This document shows, in pieces, positions 41,701 through 51,137 of a stretch of 64,000 nucleotides of DNA (position 1 is its first letter; each line of letters opens with the position of its first letter). Origin of the DNA: Chamaesiphon sp. Its GTDB lineage: Bacteria; Cyanobacteriota; Cyanobacteriia; Cyanobacteriales; Chamaesiphonaceae. The notes below the pieces were generated by a model. The model was given only the letters and a program-made list of their open reading frames with translations, was not told the DNA's origin and made no database searches. The position numbers and the translations under genes are program-made. The stretch lies in NCBI GenBank assembly GCA_965246715.1, contig CBDFFH010000012.1, positions 32,001 through 96,000 of the forward strand. The letters run 5' to 3'.

Positions 41701-42308
41701 ACGGGAAACTCATCGGTGTGGATGACAATGCGCCAGTTAAATTGGGTCTGATCTCGCTCAATAATCCAGTGGGATTAGCAGGAGCGAACAACGCGTTGAA
41801 ATTCGATGCCGCCAATCGTCTCGATCTCAGCGACGAAAAAGGTCGGACGAATATCAAATTCACCGCTAGTCACGACGCTGCTTATAACAACTATGTCGGC
41901 TTGTACCAAATCGACAAAGCTGATGGCTCGATCGGTAGCGTGAAGCCAGGGGATAAAGGATACATCGAAGCTGCACTCAATCGCAGCTTGTTAAATATCC
42001 TCAAGACAGACAACAAAACTACCTACCTATCTGGTGGTGCGTTGTATGCTCCTTACTTGATTGCCAATAGTTCGATCGTCAATGGTGCGCCAGACGCGGT
42101 GATTAAGGACTTCCTCGCCAAGAATCCGCTCAGTGATGAGAAGAATCGCATGACTGACGTTCATGCTTATTTTGCCTTCAAAGGTGCGAATACCGACGGT
42201 GTAGATCATATCAAGTCCCTCGGTAGTGATAAGTTCGGTTTCGAGGATATGTTTGGTGGCGGTGACAATGACTTTAACGATGCGATCTTACAGATCAAGC
42301 GCGTCTAG
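38736..42308 (+). CDS. Alkaline phosphatase (PhoA-type) + phytase-like esterase domain + DUF4114-like tail
   Basis: GDGMG, PDSA, HATPA, IEGGDIDW.EH and TADH; then TDRGPN, DLEGI, DEYRP, NRGFEG and INDNDF; tail FGFEDMFGGGDNDFND. Confidence 0.88.
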   Translation: MAKNTILMIGDGMGWEVARAAAIQAQINAGNKGNKLSDFYTSGVGTGLNLQTLTGYGLATTYGTTIAGDTGVYSDGISALTGGNTTSIPTNSTAERAGFSFDPTFNPGINASGGAKVADGVKGNLVGYDPVKGGATPWTPGTDKEYIKYSYPDSANTATTLYTGVKSYNGAIGVDIFEQPLDGVLAQAARLGKATGLVTSVPIDHATPAAAAANVSNRNKFDVAYPALDNILQQELRIYQPNVLLGGGHPLSNSPTLLPVGVEPIRDNTYIKPETYTELSTKPNATGTNSNLYGYTFLERGKDAASVLAATAKTIDPDKDGHLLGLYGARGQDGNLPVSSANGDYSTTGLGMFTINTSKGLAQDFIRPLLPGETNDSFIAKERNENPTLDDLTKAALEVLGKDKDGMWLMIEGGDIDWAEHDNSIDNAIGTMFDFDRAVGSVLDWISKNGGWEQNELIVTADHDHYLTLNDNFPELLRTKGAEALTAVDTTAEAGHYWGSKPDIIKVTNATTGAVTDDPESGKYGWGNHSNRPVPVYYQGANTSVLSTDIGKGYTNYGVNVPGIPGLIDQTTIYRAQAAGVNNLATDTGVLTNYDWSDRPILGTTPKFNPKDTKVTVPGQDIKLGGFSGLQFEGVAANGNLKFITHTDRGPNAANVDLLKDVAGDEKPFALPNFQPEIDRFELNAATGKFALTQRIKLTAPDGKALTGLPNIQSAAQGLAYTDEVPVDLFGNRLANDPLGADLEGIAVAKDGTFWMVDEYRPSIYHFDANGKMLERLIPKGTPTDNNSFGTRVLPDVYAQRRANRGFEGIALEGTKIYAFMQSGLDNPDVANDANSKASSNLRILEYDTATKAVTGEYIYQLKDVKIADKIGDATSLGNGKFLVVERDADATVDSFKGIFEIDISKATNVNNAANLTKVPAGKTIDQLTAAELTTAGITTVDKKLVANASTLGYTGVEKLEGLALLDSKTLAIINDNDFGVGNATTTGDGKLIGVDDNAPVKLGLISLNNPVGLAGANNALKFDAANRLDLSDEKGRTNIKFTASHDAAYNNYVGLYQIDKADGSIGSVKPGDKGYIEAALNRSLLNILKTDNKTTYLSGGALYAPYLIANSSIVNGAPDAVIKDFLAKNPLSDEKNRMTDVHAYFAFKGANTDGVDHIKSLGSDKFGFEDMFGGGDNDFNDAILQIKRV

Positions 42309-42367
42309 GTTGTCACTCTCAAATAGTTAGCTCTGTTGGCAATTGCCAAAGATTTATTAAAATATAT

Positions 42368-42403
42368 TGCCAAATGTCAGTTTTTTGACATTTGGCATTT
42401 TTT
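42368..42403 (+). terminator. Intrinsic terminator
   Basis: Perfect 12-bp stem TGCCAAATGTCA / TGACATTTGGCA followed by a T-run. Confidence 0.85.
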
Positions 42404-42481
42404 ATTGCAACGATCTCTAGGCGATCGAAGTATTGAGAAAAGTTTACATAATCATAAAAAATAATAATAGATCGGCAGCAC

Positions 42482-42612
42482 CATAACCTTTGCTGTGCTT
42501 GTCTTTAGATCGTTTCTTAATTTTGGGTCTATGTTGTCTTAACTTAGCGATCGCCTGACCTTGATGTGTCTACTGTAGACTCTGCTCTTGGCATTATCAA
42601 TACTCTTAACCT
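42482..42612 (+). promoter_or_regulatory. Possible Pho-box half-sites
   Basis: CATAACCT (42482); CTTAATTT (42516) and CTTAACTT (42538), 22 bp apart; CTTAACCT (42605). Confidence 0.4.
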
Positions 42613-42644
42613 CTCGATCGCTCAGATTGAAAACCTAAAAACTC

Positions 42645-45600
42645 ATGGCTACCAACAGAAACGTCATTATTTTCGTTGCGGATGGATTACGTGCGGGTTC
42701 TGTTACTGCGACAGATACACCAACTCTATACAGCGTTCAGAAAGATGGAGTTAACTTCGCAAATAGCCACTCATTATTTCCTACATTTACTACCCCAAAT
42801 GCTTCGGCGATCGCGACCGGACATTATCTTGGCGATACTGGCGACTTTAGTAATACAGTTTACACTGGCTATCCAGTGATTAATGCCAACGGCAGCGTTA
42901 CGCCATTCATCGAAAACGACCCGATCTTGGCAGATCTCAATGCCAATGCCAATCTGGCCGATCCCGATACTGGCTTCAACAAAAATAACTTCCTCACTGA
43001 AGAATCACTACTAGCTTACGCTAGGCTCAATGGCTACTCTACCGCCGCGATCGGTAAACTCGGCCCCGTAGCGATTTTTGATGTCACTCAGGATACGCGG
43101 ACTGGGAACTCAACCACCGCAAATATCATTCCCAAAACCGTCATTCTCGATGACAGTACTTATATCAACTCAGTTGCTAATGCGACGACTCCTCCAGTTA
43201 CCAATGCTAACTCTGGTTCGCAAAGTGCGATTCCGCTTCCCAAGACGATCGCCGATGCGCTAGATGCCGCTAAACTAATCGGCACCAGCGTTCCAGGAAC
43301 GGCAACAGTAGCAACAACGATCGGTAGTATCCGCAACAACCAGCCAGCAGGTAACTTAACCACGGCGGGAACGCTCAATGCCAACACTCAACAACAGCAA
43401 TATTTCGCGGATGCTACCACCAAGGCGATTTTGCCGCAGTTTGTGGCTGATATTAAAGCAGGTACTTCCAAAGCATTTGCGACAGTCTACTGGTCGCGCG
43501 ATCCAGATGGGACGCAGCACAACAACGGCGATGCCTTTAATGCTGCCGATCCTGGTAATAACTCGCTGACGATCGGGATTAATGGCCCGACTGCCAAGAA
43601 GGGCGTTCAAGATGCCGATGCGAACTTGAAGCAGCTCATCGACTACCTCAAAGCTACCGACGACCCCGCCAATCCTGGGAAAAAGCTCTATGACAATACC
43701 GATATCTTTGTCACTGCGGATCACGGCTTCTCCACGATTAGTCGCCAAGCGGTAGGGATTAAGAGTTTTGATGCTAATGGCGTTCCGACTTACATCAATA
43801 CCACCAGCTATGCAGCTTCGTTAGATTACTACACGACCGATGCGACTACTGGAGTCAAGACTCCCACCGTACATAAAGGATTTTTACCAACTGGTTTCGT
43901 CGCGATCGATCTTGCTAAAGACTTGGGTACAACATTATACGATCCGAATTCACCTTCAGCCCCAGTTACTACTGCCAATATCAACAACATTCAATACAAT
44001 GTCGTCGATCCCACCAAAGGTCAATCACCAGCGAGTGGTAATGGTGTAATTGGCGGTACTGGTAAAGTCACCAATGGGGTCATCGACAAAGACACTAAAG
44101 TGGTAGTTGCGGCTAATGGTGGTTCCGATCTCCTCTACGTTCCGAGCAACGACCCCGCTCTAGTCAAGCAGATCGTGGCATTGTTGGCACAGAAAGATTA
44201 TATCAGCGGCATCTTTACCGATGATAAATTTGGCGATGTCCCTGGCGCGCTGAAGATGAGTACGATCGGGCTAATCGGTACAGCCGAATTGCCAACTCCA
44301 TCGATCGCGATTAACTTCAAAACCTTTAGCACCAATCCGAAAGACCCCAACGATCCGCAAGCCACAGTAGAAGTCGCCGATACTCCGCTCCAACAAGGAC
44401 AAGGGATGCACGGTAGTTTCGGTCGTGGCGATACCTTCAATAATATGGCCGCGATCGGCCCAGACTTCAAAACTGCCTATGTCGATACTGCACCTGTCAG
44501 CAATGCTGATGTCGTCCCCACCTTAGCCAGTATCCTCGGTTGGAAATTGCCAGATACTAGTGGTGGTGCTAATTTAGTCGGACGTGCTGCGACTGAAGCA
44601 TTAGTCGGTGGCCCAGCTACCACCCCTTCGACTACTGGAGTCATCCAATCGGCGAAGACCGCGAATGGCTCGGCAACCACGCTAGACTATCAAACCGTCG
44701 GTGGTACTAAATACTTCGATGCCGCCGGAGTCGTTGGCGGCACGGTCGGTCTGACCGCTTCCGTCCCCGCCGGACAAGGTGCGACTGGCCCCTTCAAACA
44801 TGTTCTGGTCATCTCGGTTGACGGTCTGCACAACTCCGACCTCAATGCGGCCAGCCTGCAATCTTCCTTGACTAATATCAAACGATTGCAGAAACAGGGG
44901 ATTACTTATACCAATTCCTTCTCCGCTGCACCTTCCGACTCGTTCCCTGGCGAACTGAACTATATCACTGGTGCCGACCCTGGCACCACTGGCGTATTCT
45001 ACGATAAATCCTACAGTCGTGCGCTCTACGCTCCTGGTACTACTCTGGCACAAATCAAAGCCGGAACTGTTAAACCAGGTACCGACGTAGAATTTGCGGA
45101 AAACGTGGATGCAACTTGGGCTGGTGGTGGTACCTTAACTGGTTTAGACGCTAGCGGTAAAGCCTTCGATCTGAGCCAATTACCCGTCGATAGCAATGGA
45201 AACCCCGTCTACCCCAACCAGTACATCAAACCTGGCGTTAACACCATTTTCGATGTTGCGAGTCAAGCTGGGTTGGCGACTGCCTGGTCGGACAAACACC
45301 CCGCCGCTTACACGATCCTGGCTGGCCCCAACTCTGACCCCACCAAGTTCGATCTCAAATCGGGCAAAGTCGGCAGTATTAACGATTACTACTCGTTAGA
45401 AATCAACGCACCAGTCGCGATCGACACCACCAAGAAAAATCCGCTCGCTGACAAGAGCGATTACTTCAAAAATCTACCTGGTTTGGTTGATAAATCGACT
45501 GGAACTTCCTTCTCCAACACCAATCCCGCGATCGCTACAAACTTCTTTAACGACGCGACCAAGGGTAATGCTACGCTGTTCAAAGCTCCACCTGCGGGAA

Positions 45601-47096
45601 CTACGGCTCAACAATTCAGCAGTTATGCGACCACTTCGACCTATGATGACTACAAAGTCAAGGCGATCCTCAACGAGATCGATGGTTTCGACCATTCCGG
45701 TACCGTCAATAATGGTGATGCTCCGGCATTATTCGGCCTAAACCTCCAAGCTGTCAGCGTCGCTGAAAAAGAACCCGGCACATTATTTAACGGTGGTGGT
45801 TTTGATGCCAATGGTAACGCGCGTCCCGACCTCATTGCCGCAGTCAATCACGTAGACCAAAGTGTCGGCCTCATCCTCGACGAACTCAAAGCCAAAGGCT
45901 TAGACAGTTCGACCCTGGTAGTTTTAACCGCCAAACACGGTCAAAACCCCACTCAAGACCCCACAGTCGGCTTGAGTAGCGTCTTCAATGAAGCGGATGG
46001 GGCAGTGGGTGGTGATGGTAACTTAACCGCGATCGGTGCCCTTCTAGCCCGCAACGGCATCAAGATCGCTTCCGAGCGCGGTGGCGATACTTCTTCGCTG
46101 ATTTACTTGCAAAATCCAGCCGATACTGCCAAAGCAGTCGCACTGCTCAACAGTACCGACCCCAATAAGTATTCCTTTGACTCGGCGATCGATTCGATTA
46201 CCAATAAATCCTTCGGATCTGAAGACTTTTTGGCTCAAGGTACGGTCATCTCCGGTCAAGGCTTGATAAATGCCGGATTGGGCGACCCGACTAAAAACGA
46301 GCGTTCCCCCGACATCGCCGTCGCCCTCAACACTGGGTACTTCTTCGGTAACGCAGCCAAGAAACGCTCCGAGCATGGTGGTTTCACCGACCAGGATACG
46401 CATGTTGCCACGATCGTCGGAAGTGCGGGTTTACCCGACTATGCTAAGGGTACGGTCAACGATACCACCGTTTCCACTCAGCAAATCGCCGTCACCGCGC
46501 TCAAGGCACTCGGACTCGATGCTAACAAACTCACGGGTGCGGTAGCAGACGGTACGCAAGCTTTACCTGGTGTGCCCAACGTCGCACCAGACAAATTGGT
46601 TTTTGCTGGCAAGAGCTTACTCGATTTACGCGATAAAACTGGTGCTTCGAGCATCCAGTTTACAGCGACTCAAGATGCTGCTTACAAAAACTACATCGGG
46701 ATCTACCGCGTCGATAACGCCGTTGGTGACATCGACGGTATTAAAGTCGGCGATGCTAAGTACATTAAAGCTGCACTCGATCGCAGCGTAGCAAATCTGT
46801 ACAAAACCGACGACAAAACTATCACTGTTACTGGTAACGCGCTATATGCGTCCTACCTCATCTCCAATGGCACGATCGAAGAATTCAATGCCAAAAACCC
46901 CACCAACCTGGAGAAAGCGGCTGGTAGTGATGTCACCACGACACCGCATGTGTTCTTCAGCTTTGCCGGAGCTAATGCTGACGGTTTCGACCATGTGAAA
47001 TCGCTCGGTAACAATATGTTCGGCTTTGAAGACCAATGGGGCGGCGGCGATAAGGACTTCAACGATGCCATGTTGAAGGTATCTTACAAAGCTTAA
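42645..47096 (+). CDS. Tandem type I phosphodiesterase/nucleotide pyrophosphatase domains + DUF4114-like tail
   Basis: Domain 1: ADGLR, FPTFTTPN, TADHG, MHG. Domain 2: VDGLH, PSDSFPG, TAKHG, EHGG. Tail: FGFEDQWGGGDKDFND. Confidence 0.85.
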   Translation: MATNRNVIIFVADGLRAGSVTATDTPTLYSVQKDGVNFANSHSLFPTFTTPNASAIATGHYLGDTGDFSNTVYTGYPVINANGSVTPFIENDPILADLNANANLADPDTGFNKNNFLTEESLLAYARLNGYSTAAIGKLGPVAIFDVTQDTRTGNSTTANIIPKTVILDDSTYINSVANATTPPVTNANSGSQSAIPLPKTIADALDAAKLIGTSVPGTATVATTIGSIRNNQPAGNLTTAGTLNANTQQQQYFADATTKAILPQFVADIKAGTSKAFATVYWSRDPDGTQHNNGDAFNAADPGNNSLTIGINGPTAKKGVQDADANLKQLIDYLKATDDPANPGKKLYDNTDIFVTADHGFSTISRQAVGIKSFDANGVPTYINTTSYAASLDYYTTDATTGVKTPTVHKGFLPTGFVAIDLAKDLGTTLYDPNSPSAPVTTANINNIQYNVVDPTKGQSPASGNGVIGGTGKVTNGVIDKDTKVVVAANGGSDLLYVPSNDPALVKQIVALLAQKDYISGIFTDDKFGDVPGALKMSTIGLIGTAELPTPSIAINFKTFSTNPKDPNDPQATVEVADTPLQQGQGMHGSFGRGDTFNNMAAIGPDFKTAYVDTAPVSNADVVPTLASILGWKLPDTSGGANLVGRAATEALVGGPATTPSTTGVIQSAKTANGSATTLDYQTVGGTKYFDAAGVVGGTVGLTASVPAGQGATGPFKHVLVISVDGLHNSDLNAASLQSSLTNIKRLQKQGITYTNSFSAAPSDSFPGELNYITGADPGTTGVFYDKSYSRALYAPGTTLAQIKAGTVKPGTDVEFAENVDATWAGGGTLTGLDASGKAFDLSQLPVDSNGNPVYPNQYIKPGVNTIFDVASQAGLATAWSDKHPAAYTILAGPNSDPTKFDLKSGKVGSINDYYSLEINAPVAIDTTKKNPLADKSDYFKNLPGLVDKSTGTSFSNTNPAIATNFFNDATKGNATLFKAPPAGTTAQQFSSYATTSTYDDYKVKAILNEIDGFDHSGTVNNGDAPALFGLNLQAVSVAEKEPGTLFNGGGFDANGNARPDLIAAVNHVDQSVGLILDELKAKGLDSSTLVVLTAKHGQNPTQDPTVGLSSVFNEADGAVGGDGNLTAIGALLARNGIKIASERGGDTSSLIYLQNPADTAKAVALLNSTDPNKYSFDSAIDSITNKSFGSEDFLAQGTVISGQGLINAGLGDPTKNERSPDIAVALNTGYFFGNAAKKRSEHGGFTDQDTHVATIVGSAGLPDYAKGTVNDTTVSTQQIAVTALKALGLDANKLTGAVADGTQALPGVPNVAPDKLVFAGKSLLDLRDKTGASSIQFTATQDAAYKNYIGIYRVDNAVGDIDGIKVGDAKYIKAALDRSVANLYKTDDKTITVTGNALYASYLISNGTIEEFNAKNPTNLEKAAGSDVTTTPHVFFSFAGANADGFDHVKSLGNNMFGFEDQWGGGDKDFNDAMLKVSYKA

Positions 47097-47117
47097 TTAG
47101 CTTAATTTATTAATGGT

Positions 47118-47158
47118 AAAAGGGGAGGGATCGAAATATTTCGATCGCTCCCTTTTTT
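47118..47158 (+). terminator. Intrinsic terminator
   Basis: GGGAGGGATCGAAA-TA-TTTCGATCGCTCCC followed by TTTTTT. Confidence 0.8.
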
Positions 47159-47257
47159 ATCTCGATTCTGATTGACTAGGTCGCAGCTACTATCTATGGT
47201 TGAAACTTACCAATATGCAACAAGAAAACTCAGGCACCTTGAACATAATGCTAAATT

Positions 47258-47432
47258 AACGTCAGTTCGGGATAAGAATAGCCTAGAGACTGGAAGTCTC
47301 CGCTTGTGATATAAAGTCCGCGCAGGCGGACTGATTAACTAGTCCGCGCAGGCGGACTTCGTATCGTTAGCCCCGATTTCAATCGGCGGCGTTACTAGAA
47401 CGAAGCTAATATCCTTAACCCGAACTGACGTT
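47258..47432. mobile_element. 175-bp MITE with AACGTCAGTTCGGG termini
   Basis: TIRs AACGTCAGTTCGGGATAAG / AACGTCAGTTCGGGTTAAG; AAATT direct repeat at 47253-57 and 47433-37; two internal AGTCCGCGCAGGCGGACT hairpins. Confidence 0.85.
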
Positions 47433-47460
47433 AAATTAAGTTGTTTCTCCAGGGAAATAG

Positions 47461-48567
47461 CTAGATATTTGCCAATGGCAGTAAGATACTAATCCCCATA
47501 ATACTCATATAGACAACTAACACTAACCATTGTAGCGGTATACCTCTCCAAGATTTAATCTCAACCGTGCCAGGAGGAGCGAACACAACTTGAAACTTGG
47601 CAAGTGCTGTCAAACCATCGACCGATCCAGCTACATAATTAGAACTTTCAACTAGTTCGGGTAATGGGGTAAGAGCAACATTATCTAATGAATTTCGATC
47701 CATTGGTTCGTAAGCTGTCTGCGTACAATTGCGATCGACTCCAACTAAATATGTCAGTTTTCCATCGGCTGGCTCTAAATCTGTTTTCCAGATCCGCGAA
47801 ATCCTGATGTCTAGAGTTTTCTTTATCCGTTCGATCTCCCAATAACTAGTAATGTCAGTAGCAATAGCTAGCGGAGTTTGTAAAATCGGTCGTTCGTCTG
47901 ACGATTTTTTCTTCAGCGCACAGAACCCAATTGCTTGAATTGCTGGTAGCATTGTTAAGATAATAAAAGCTGAATTAAAGGGTGTCAGCAGCAGCGATAA
48001 ATTTGGAGATAATAGTGGTATCAAAGATCTCAGTGCGATCGGAACTCCGCCCACGACCGTAGCAATAAACGGCACTAAAATCCACCACCGCGCCTGCATA
48101 ACAGATGGACGCAACACATACCACTGTAGGTACCCACCAATAAAAATTGCAATAATTAAGACTACAATAGAAATAATTGATGGTAACACGATCGCATTCA
48201 TGCCTTCAGGTCTGGATAAATTAGCAGCGAACGACGAACTCATCCACATAGTTGAAGCGGCTCGATATATCGACAAGATCGCGAAACCCATACTTAAAGC
48301 CAAGATCCATTTCCAACTCACTAGATACCTCCGTAAAACTAGCCATTGAATGAATCCAACCACCGTGCCGGTAATTATTTCCGAGCCGATCGAAAATCCG
48401 ATTTTATTCTGCTCCCAAACTAGATCGAAGATTGGCTGAGACCAACATAGATCGGCAATCACTCGACATATAGCTGTCATTGAAACAAAAATAACGATAA
48501 ACCAAATGCGATCGAATGGTTTAATTAGCAACCTTTGAGCATCGACAAAATTATATAAAGTAGACAT
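47461..48567 (-). CDS. Hypothetical polytopic membrane protein
   Basis: About seven hydrophobic segments with a repeated G..QW.VLR....W motif. Confidence 0.75.
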   Translation of the reverse strand: MSTLYNFVDAQRLLIKPFDRIWFIVIFVSMTAICRVIADLCWSQPIFDLVWEQNKIGFSIGSEIITGTVVGFIQWLVLRRYLVSWKWILALSMGFAILSIYRAASTMWMSSSFAANLSRPEGMNAIVLPSIISIVVLIIAIFIGGYLQWYVLRPSVMQARWWILVPFIATVVGGVPIALRSLIPLLSPNLSLLLTPFNSAFIILTMLPAIQAIGFCALKKKSSDERPILQTPLAIATDITSYWEIERIKKTLDIRISRIWKTDLEPADGKLTYLVGVDRNCTQTAYEPMDRNSLDNVALTPLPELVESSNYVAGSVDGLTALAKFQVVFAPPGTVEIKSWRGIPLQWLVLVVYMSIMGISILLPLANI

Positions 48568-48759
48568 ATTAATTTAGGAGAGCTGAATAAGATAGTATGA
48601 TTTTAGTCAGCAAGTTACCAAAAAAATTGCAGCGTCGATATGCTCGTTAGATCGACACTGAATGCTCAACCGCTTACACGCGGCTAGACGCAAAAAGTCA
48701 CTAGCCGAATTAGTGGATACACCTTAATTGGGCTGGATTTCGACAAATTATGCTGGAAT

Positions 48760-49821
48760 CTATAATAATCGATCGAATTCAGGATTTTTCTTGATTTCGC
48801 CCAATACTTGCTTGATTTCTTGAGTGCGATTTTTTGCCACGATTAACGTCACATTCCCATCGCGGACGACGACGACATCTTCTAGTCCGATGGTGACCAC
48901 CACTTCTTCAGGATTGCTCGCATAGACGATTGCCCCCTGAGTATCCAGGCAGACATGTTTGGCTAAATCTACATTGATGCTATCGCCTTTTAATAACCGT
49001 TCGATCGCATTCCAATCCCCCAAGTCATCCCAACCAAACTCTGCTGGAATTACATGAGTTAATTTCGTTTTCTCCATCAATGCATAATCGACACTCAGTT
49101 TCGGCAATGTTGGATAACAACTTACGCCTTGCTCGCACAGTAATGTCATGATTTCTGGAGCGTGCAAATGTAGCTCTTGAATCACTGTTTTTGCGGTGAA
49201 AATAAACATTCCGCTATTCCAGGTATAATCGCCACTAGCGATAAAGCTCTCAGCTTTGGCAGTATCCGGTTTCTCAGCAAATCGATCGACTCGATAAGTC
49301 TGTAACTGCTGATACTCGCCACTAGGTTTGCCTTGCTGAATGTAACCGTAACCAGTCGAGGGAAAAGTTGGCGTAATCCCTAAAGTGACGATCGCCTGTT
49401 GCGTTTGCGCCAATTCTACCGCCGAAGCAAGCGTTTGGGCAAACGCCTTCACATCCCCGATCCAATGATCCGCTGGAAAAAAGCCAATCGTCACATCTTC
49501 CCCATACCTTTTGGCGACTTCCAAACTCGCCCAAGCAACCGCCGCCGCCGTATCTCTACCCTCTGGTTCGACTAAGAGATTGTCTGCTGGGAGGTCTGGT
49601 AATTGCTCCTCTACCCCTGCTGCCAACATTCCCGACGTTATCACCCAAATGTCCTCCCAGCCGCCGACAATCGGTAATAATCTGGTAGCTGTGGCTTGCA
49701 TCAGACTTTCCCCACTACCGTCGAGACAGAGAAACTGTTTGGGACGATGTTTGCGGCTGAGCGGCCAAAACCGTTCGCCTTTACCACCAGCAAGAATTAC
49801 AGGAACAAATTTTGGTTGCAT
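48760..49821 (-). CDS. manC: Mannose-1-phosphate guanylyltransferase
   Basis: ILAGGKGERFWPLSR..PKQF, EPEGRDTA, PADH, GYGYI, WNSGMF and GWDDLG motifs. Confidence 0.95.
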   Translation of the reverse strand: MQPKFVPVILAGGKGERFWPLSRKHRPKQFLCLDGSGESLMQATATRLLPIVGGWEDIWVITSGMLAAGVEEQLPDLPADNLLVEPEGRDTAAAVAWASLEVAKRYGEDVTIGFFPADHWIGDVKAFAQTLASAVELAQTQQAIVTLGITPTFPSTGYGYIQQGKPSGEYQQLQTYRVDRFAEKPDTAKAESFIASGDYTWNSGMFIFTAKTVIQELHLHAPEIMTLLCEQGVSCYPTLPKLSVDYALMEKTKLTHVIPAEFGWDDLGDWNAIERLLKGDSINVDLAKHVCLDTQGAIVYASNPEEVVVTIGLEDVVVVRDGNVTLIVAKNRTQEIKQVLGEIKKNPEFDRLL

Positions 49822-50294
49822 GGGATTGATGTGGAGTAACTAAATATTTGTGAGCGATCGTTAACTTGGTTTATATAATACCGATTAACTTACCCCAAAT
49901 TGCCCGATCGTAAAATTTATCCGCTATTTGGGATGGTTGCTGTCTTCGCGCTAACATCGGCTGAAGATCCGCTCAGGTGAAAGATCGGCGATCTACTGAA
50001 AATTAGCGATTAACTCGATCGATATTAGCATTCGCCCTGCAAATCGGTAGTAACGAATTGACACTTTATTGACTATTTTCGATCGTCATCCAGCCGTAAA
50101 ATTTACACAAAATCGGGGCATAGTTATTATGCCCCAGCATTTATGGAATTCGATCGGTCACAGCAGATCTTGGCTAACTGGTAATTTTTATCCGCTGTCT
50201 GCAAGTTAGACACCTATCCGATTAGCTACACTTCATTCAACCCTAATCCGCTTATCTAAATATTGACCGATCGTTATAGGTATCGATCGTAACC

Positions 50295-51137
50295 CGATCG
50301 AATCTAGCCGGATGCCTGCGATTGGGTGGACATTTGACTGTGATGGCGGTTAGTGGCTATTTATGGGCAATGAATCCATTGGCGATTCCGTGCCTAATCA
50401 TTTATGGATTTAGCTTGGCGGCAATGTTTGCCACTATGCATGAGTGCTGTCACCGAACAGCATTTGCGAATAATCAAGTTAACGATCTCGTGGCTTGGTG
50501 GGCGGGGGTACTATCTTTTTACAACGGTACCTTCTATCGTCGCTATCACAAATGGCATCATCGCTACACCCGCATTCCTGGTAAAGATCCAGAATTGACC
50601 GATCGCACCCCAGATAGTCTATTGAGCTATGGATTGGATTTGAGTGGTGTGTATTGGTGGTGGTGCAAATTGCGGGGGCATAGTCGAATTGCTTTGGGTA
50701 TTATCGATGAATGCGAATATATTCCCGAAACGGCGCGGGTGGAAACAATTCGATCGATTAGGTTACAGTTGTTGGTGTACGCCATCGCGATCGGGGTTTC
50801 TGTAGGATTTGCTCAACCTTGGTTCATTACCTATTGGCTCCTACCACCGATCGTCGGTCAACCAATCCTGCGCTTTATCCTCTTGGCAGAACATACTGGC
50901 TGTAGCCTGGATGATAATTCTTTGACCAATACGCGGACAACTCTCACCTTTGCACCGCTGCGCTTTTTGATGTGGAATATGCCATTCCATGCCGAGCATC
51001 ACTTGTATGCCTCGATTCCGTTCCATGCTTTGCCTGCGGCACACGAACGATTAAACAGTCATTTTACTAACGTCGATCCTGGCTATGTATCGGTCAATCT
51101 GGGTATTATTAGCCAATTGGAATCATTGTGGTATTGA
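50295..51137 (+). CDS. Fatty-acid-desaturase-family membrane diiron enzyme, possibly 5'-truncated
   Basis: His boxes HECCH, HKWHH and HAEHH. Family-like RSNLAGCLRLGGH precedes the TTG at 50322, but an in-frame TAG (50277) lies upstream and there is no ATG. Confidence 0.8.
   Translation, partial: RSNLAGCLRLGGHLTVMAVSGYLWAMNPLAIPCLIIYGFSLAAMFATMHECCHRTAFANNQVNDLVAWWAGVLSFYNGTFYRRYHKWHHRYTRIPGKDPELTDRTPDSLLSYGLDLSGVYWWWCKLRGHSRIALGIIDECEYIPETARVETIRSIRLQLLVYAIAIGVSVGFAQPWFITYWLLPPIVGQPILRFILLAEHTGCSLDDNSLTNTRTTLTFAPLRFLMWNMPFHAEHHLYASIPFHALPAAHERLNSHFTNVDPGYVSVNLGIISQLESLWY

Noticed and set aside
38918..47071. Many antisense and alternate-frame ORFs inside the phosphatase genes and other long genes
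   Set aside because: Shadow ORFs expected from codon bias; no motifs or independent expression signals.
50280..50293. GTA-N8-AAC as an NtcA site
   Set aside because: Imperfect, built around a common CGATCG core, and located at the apparent truncation junction of the desaturase gene.
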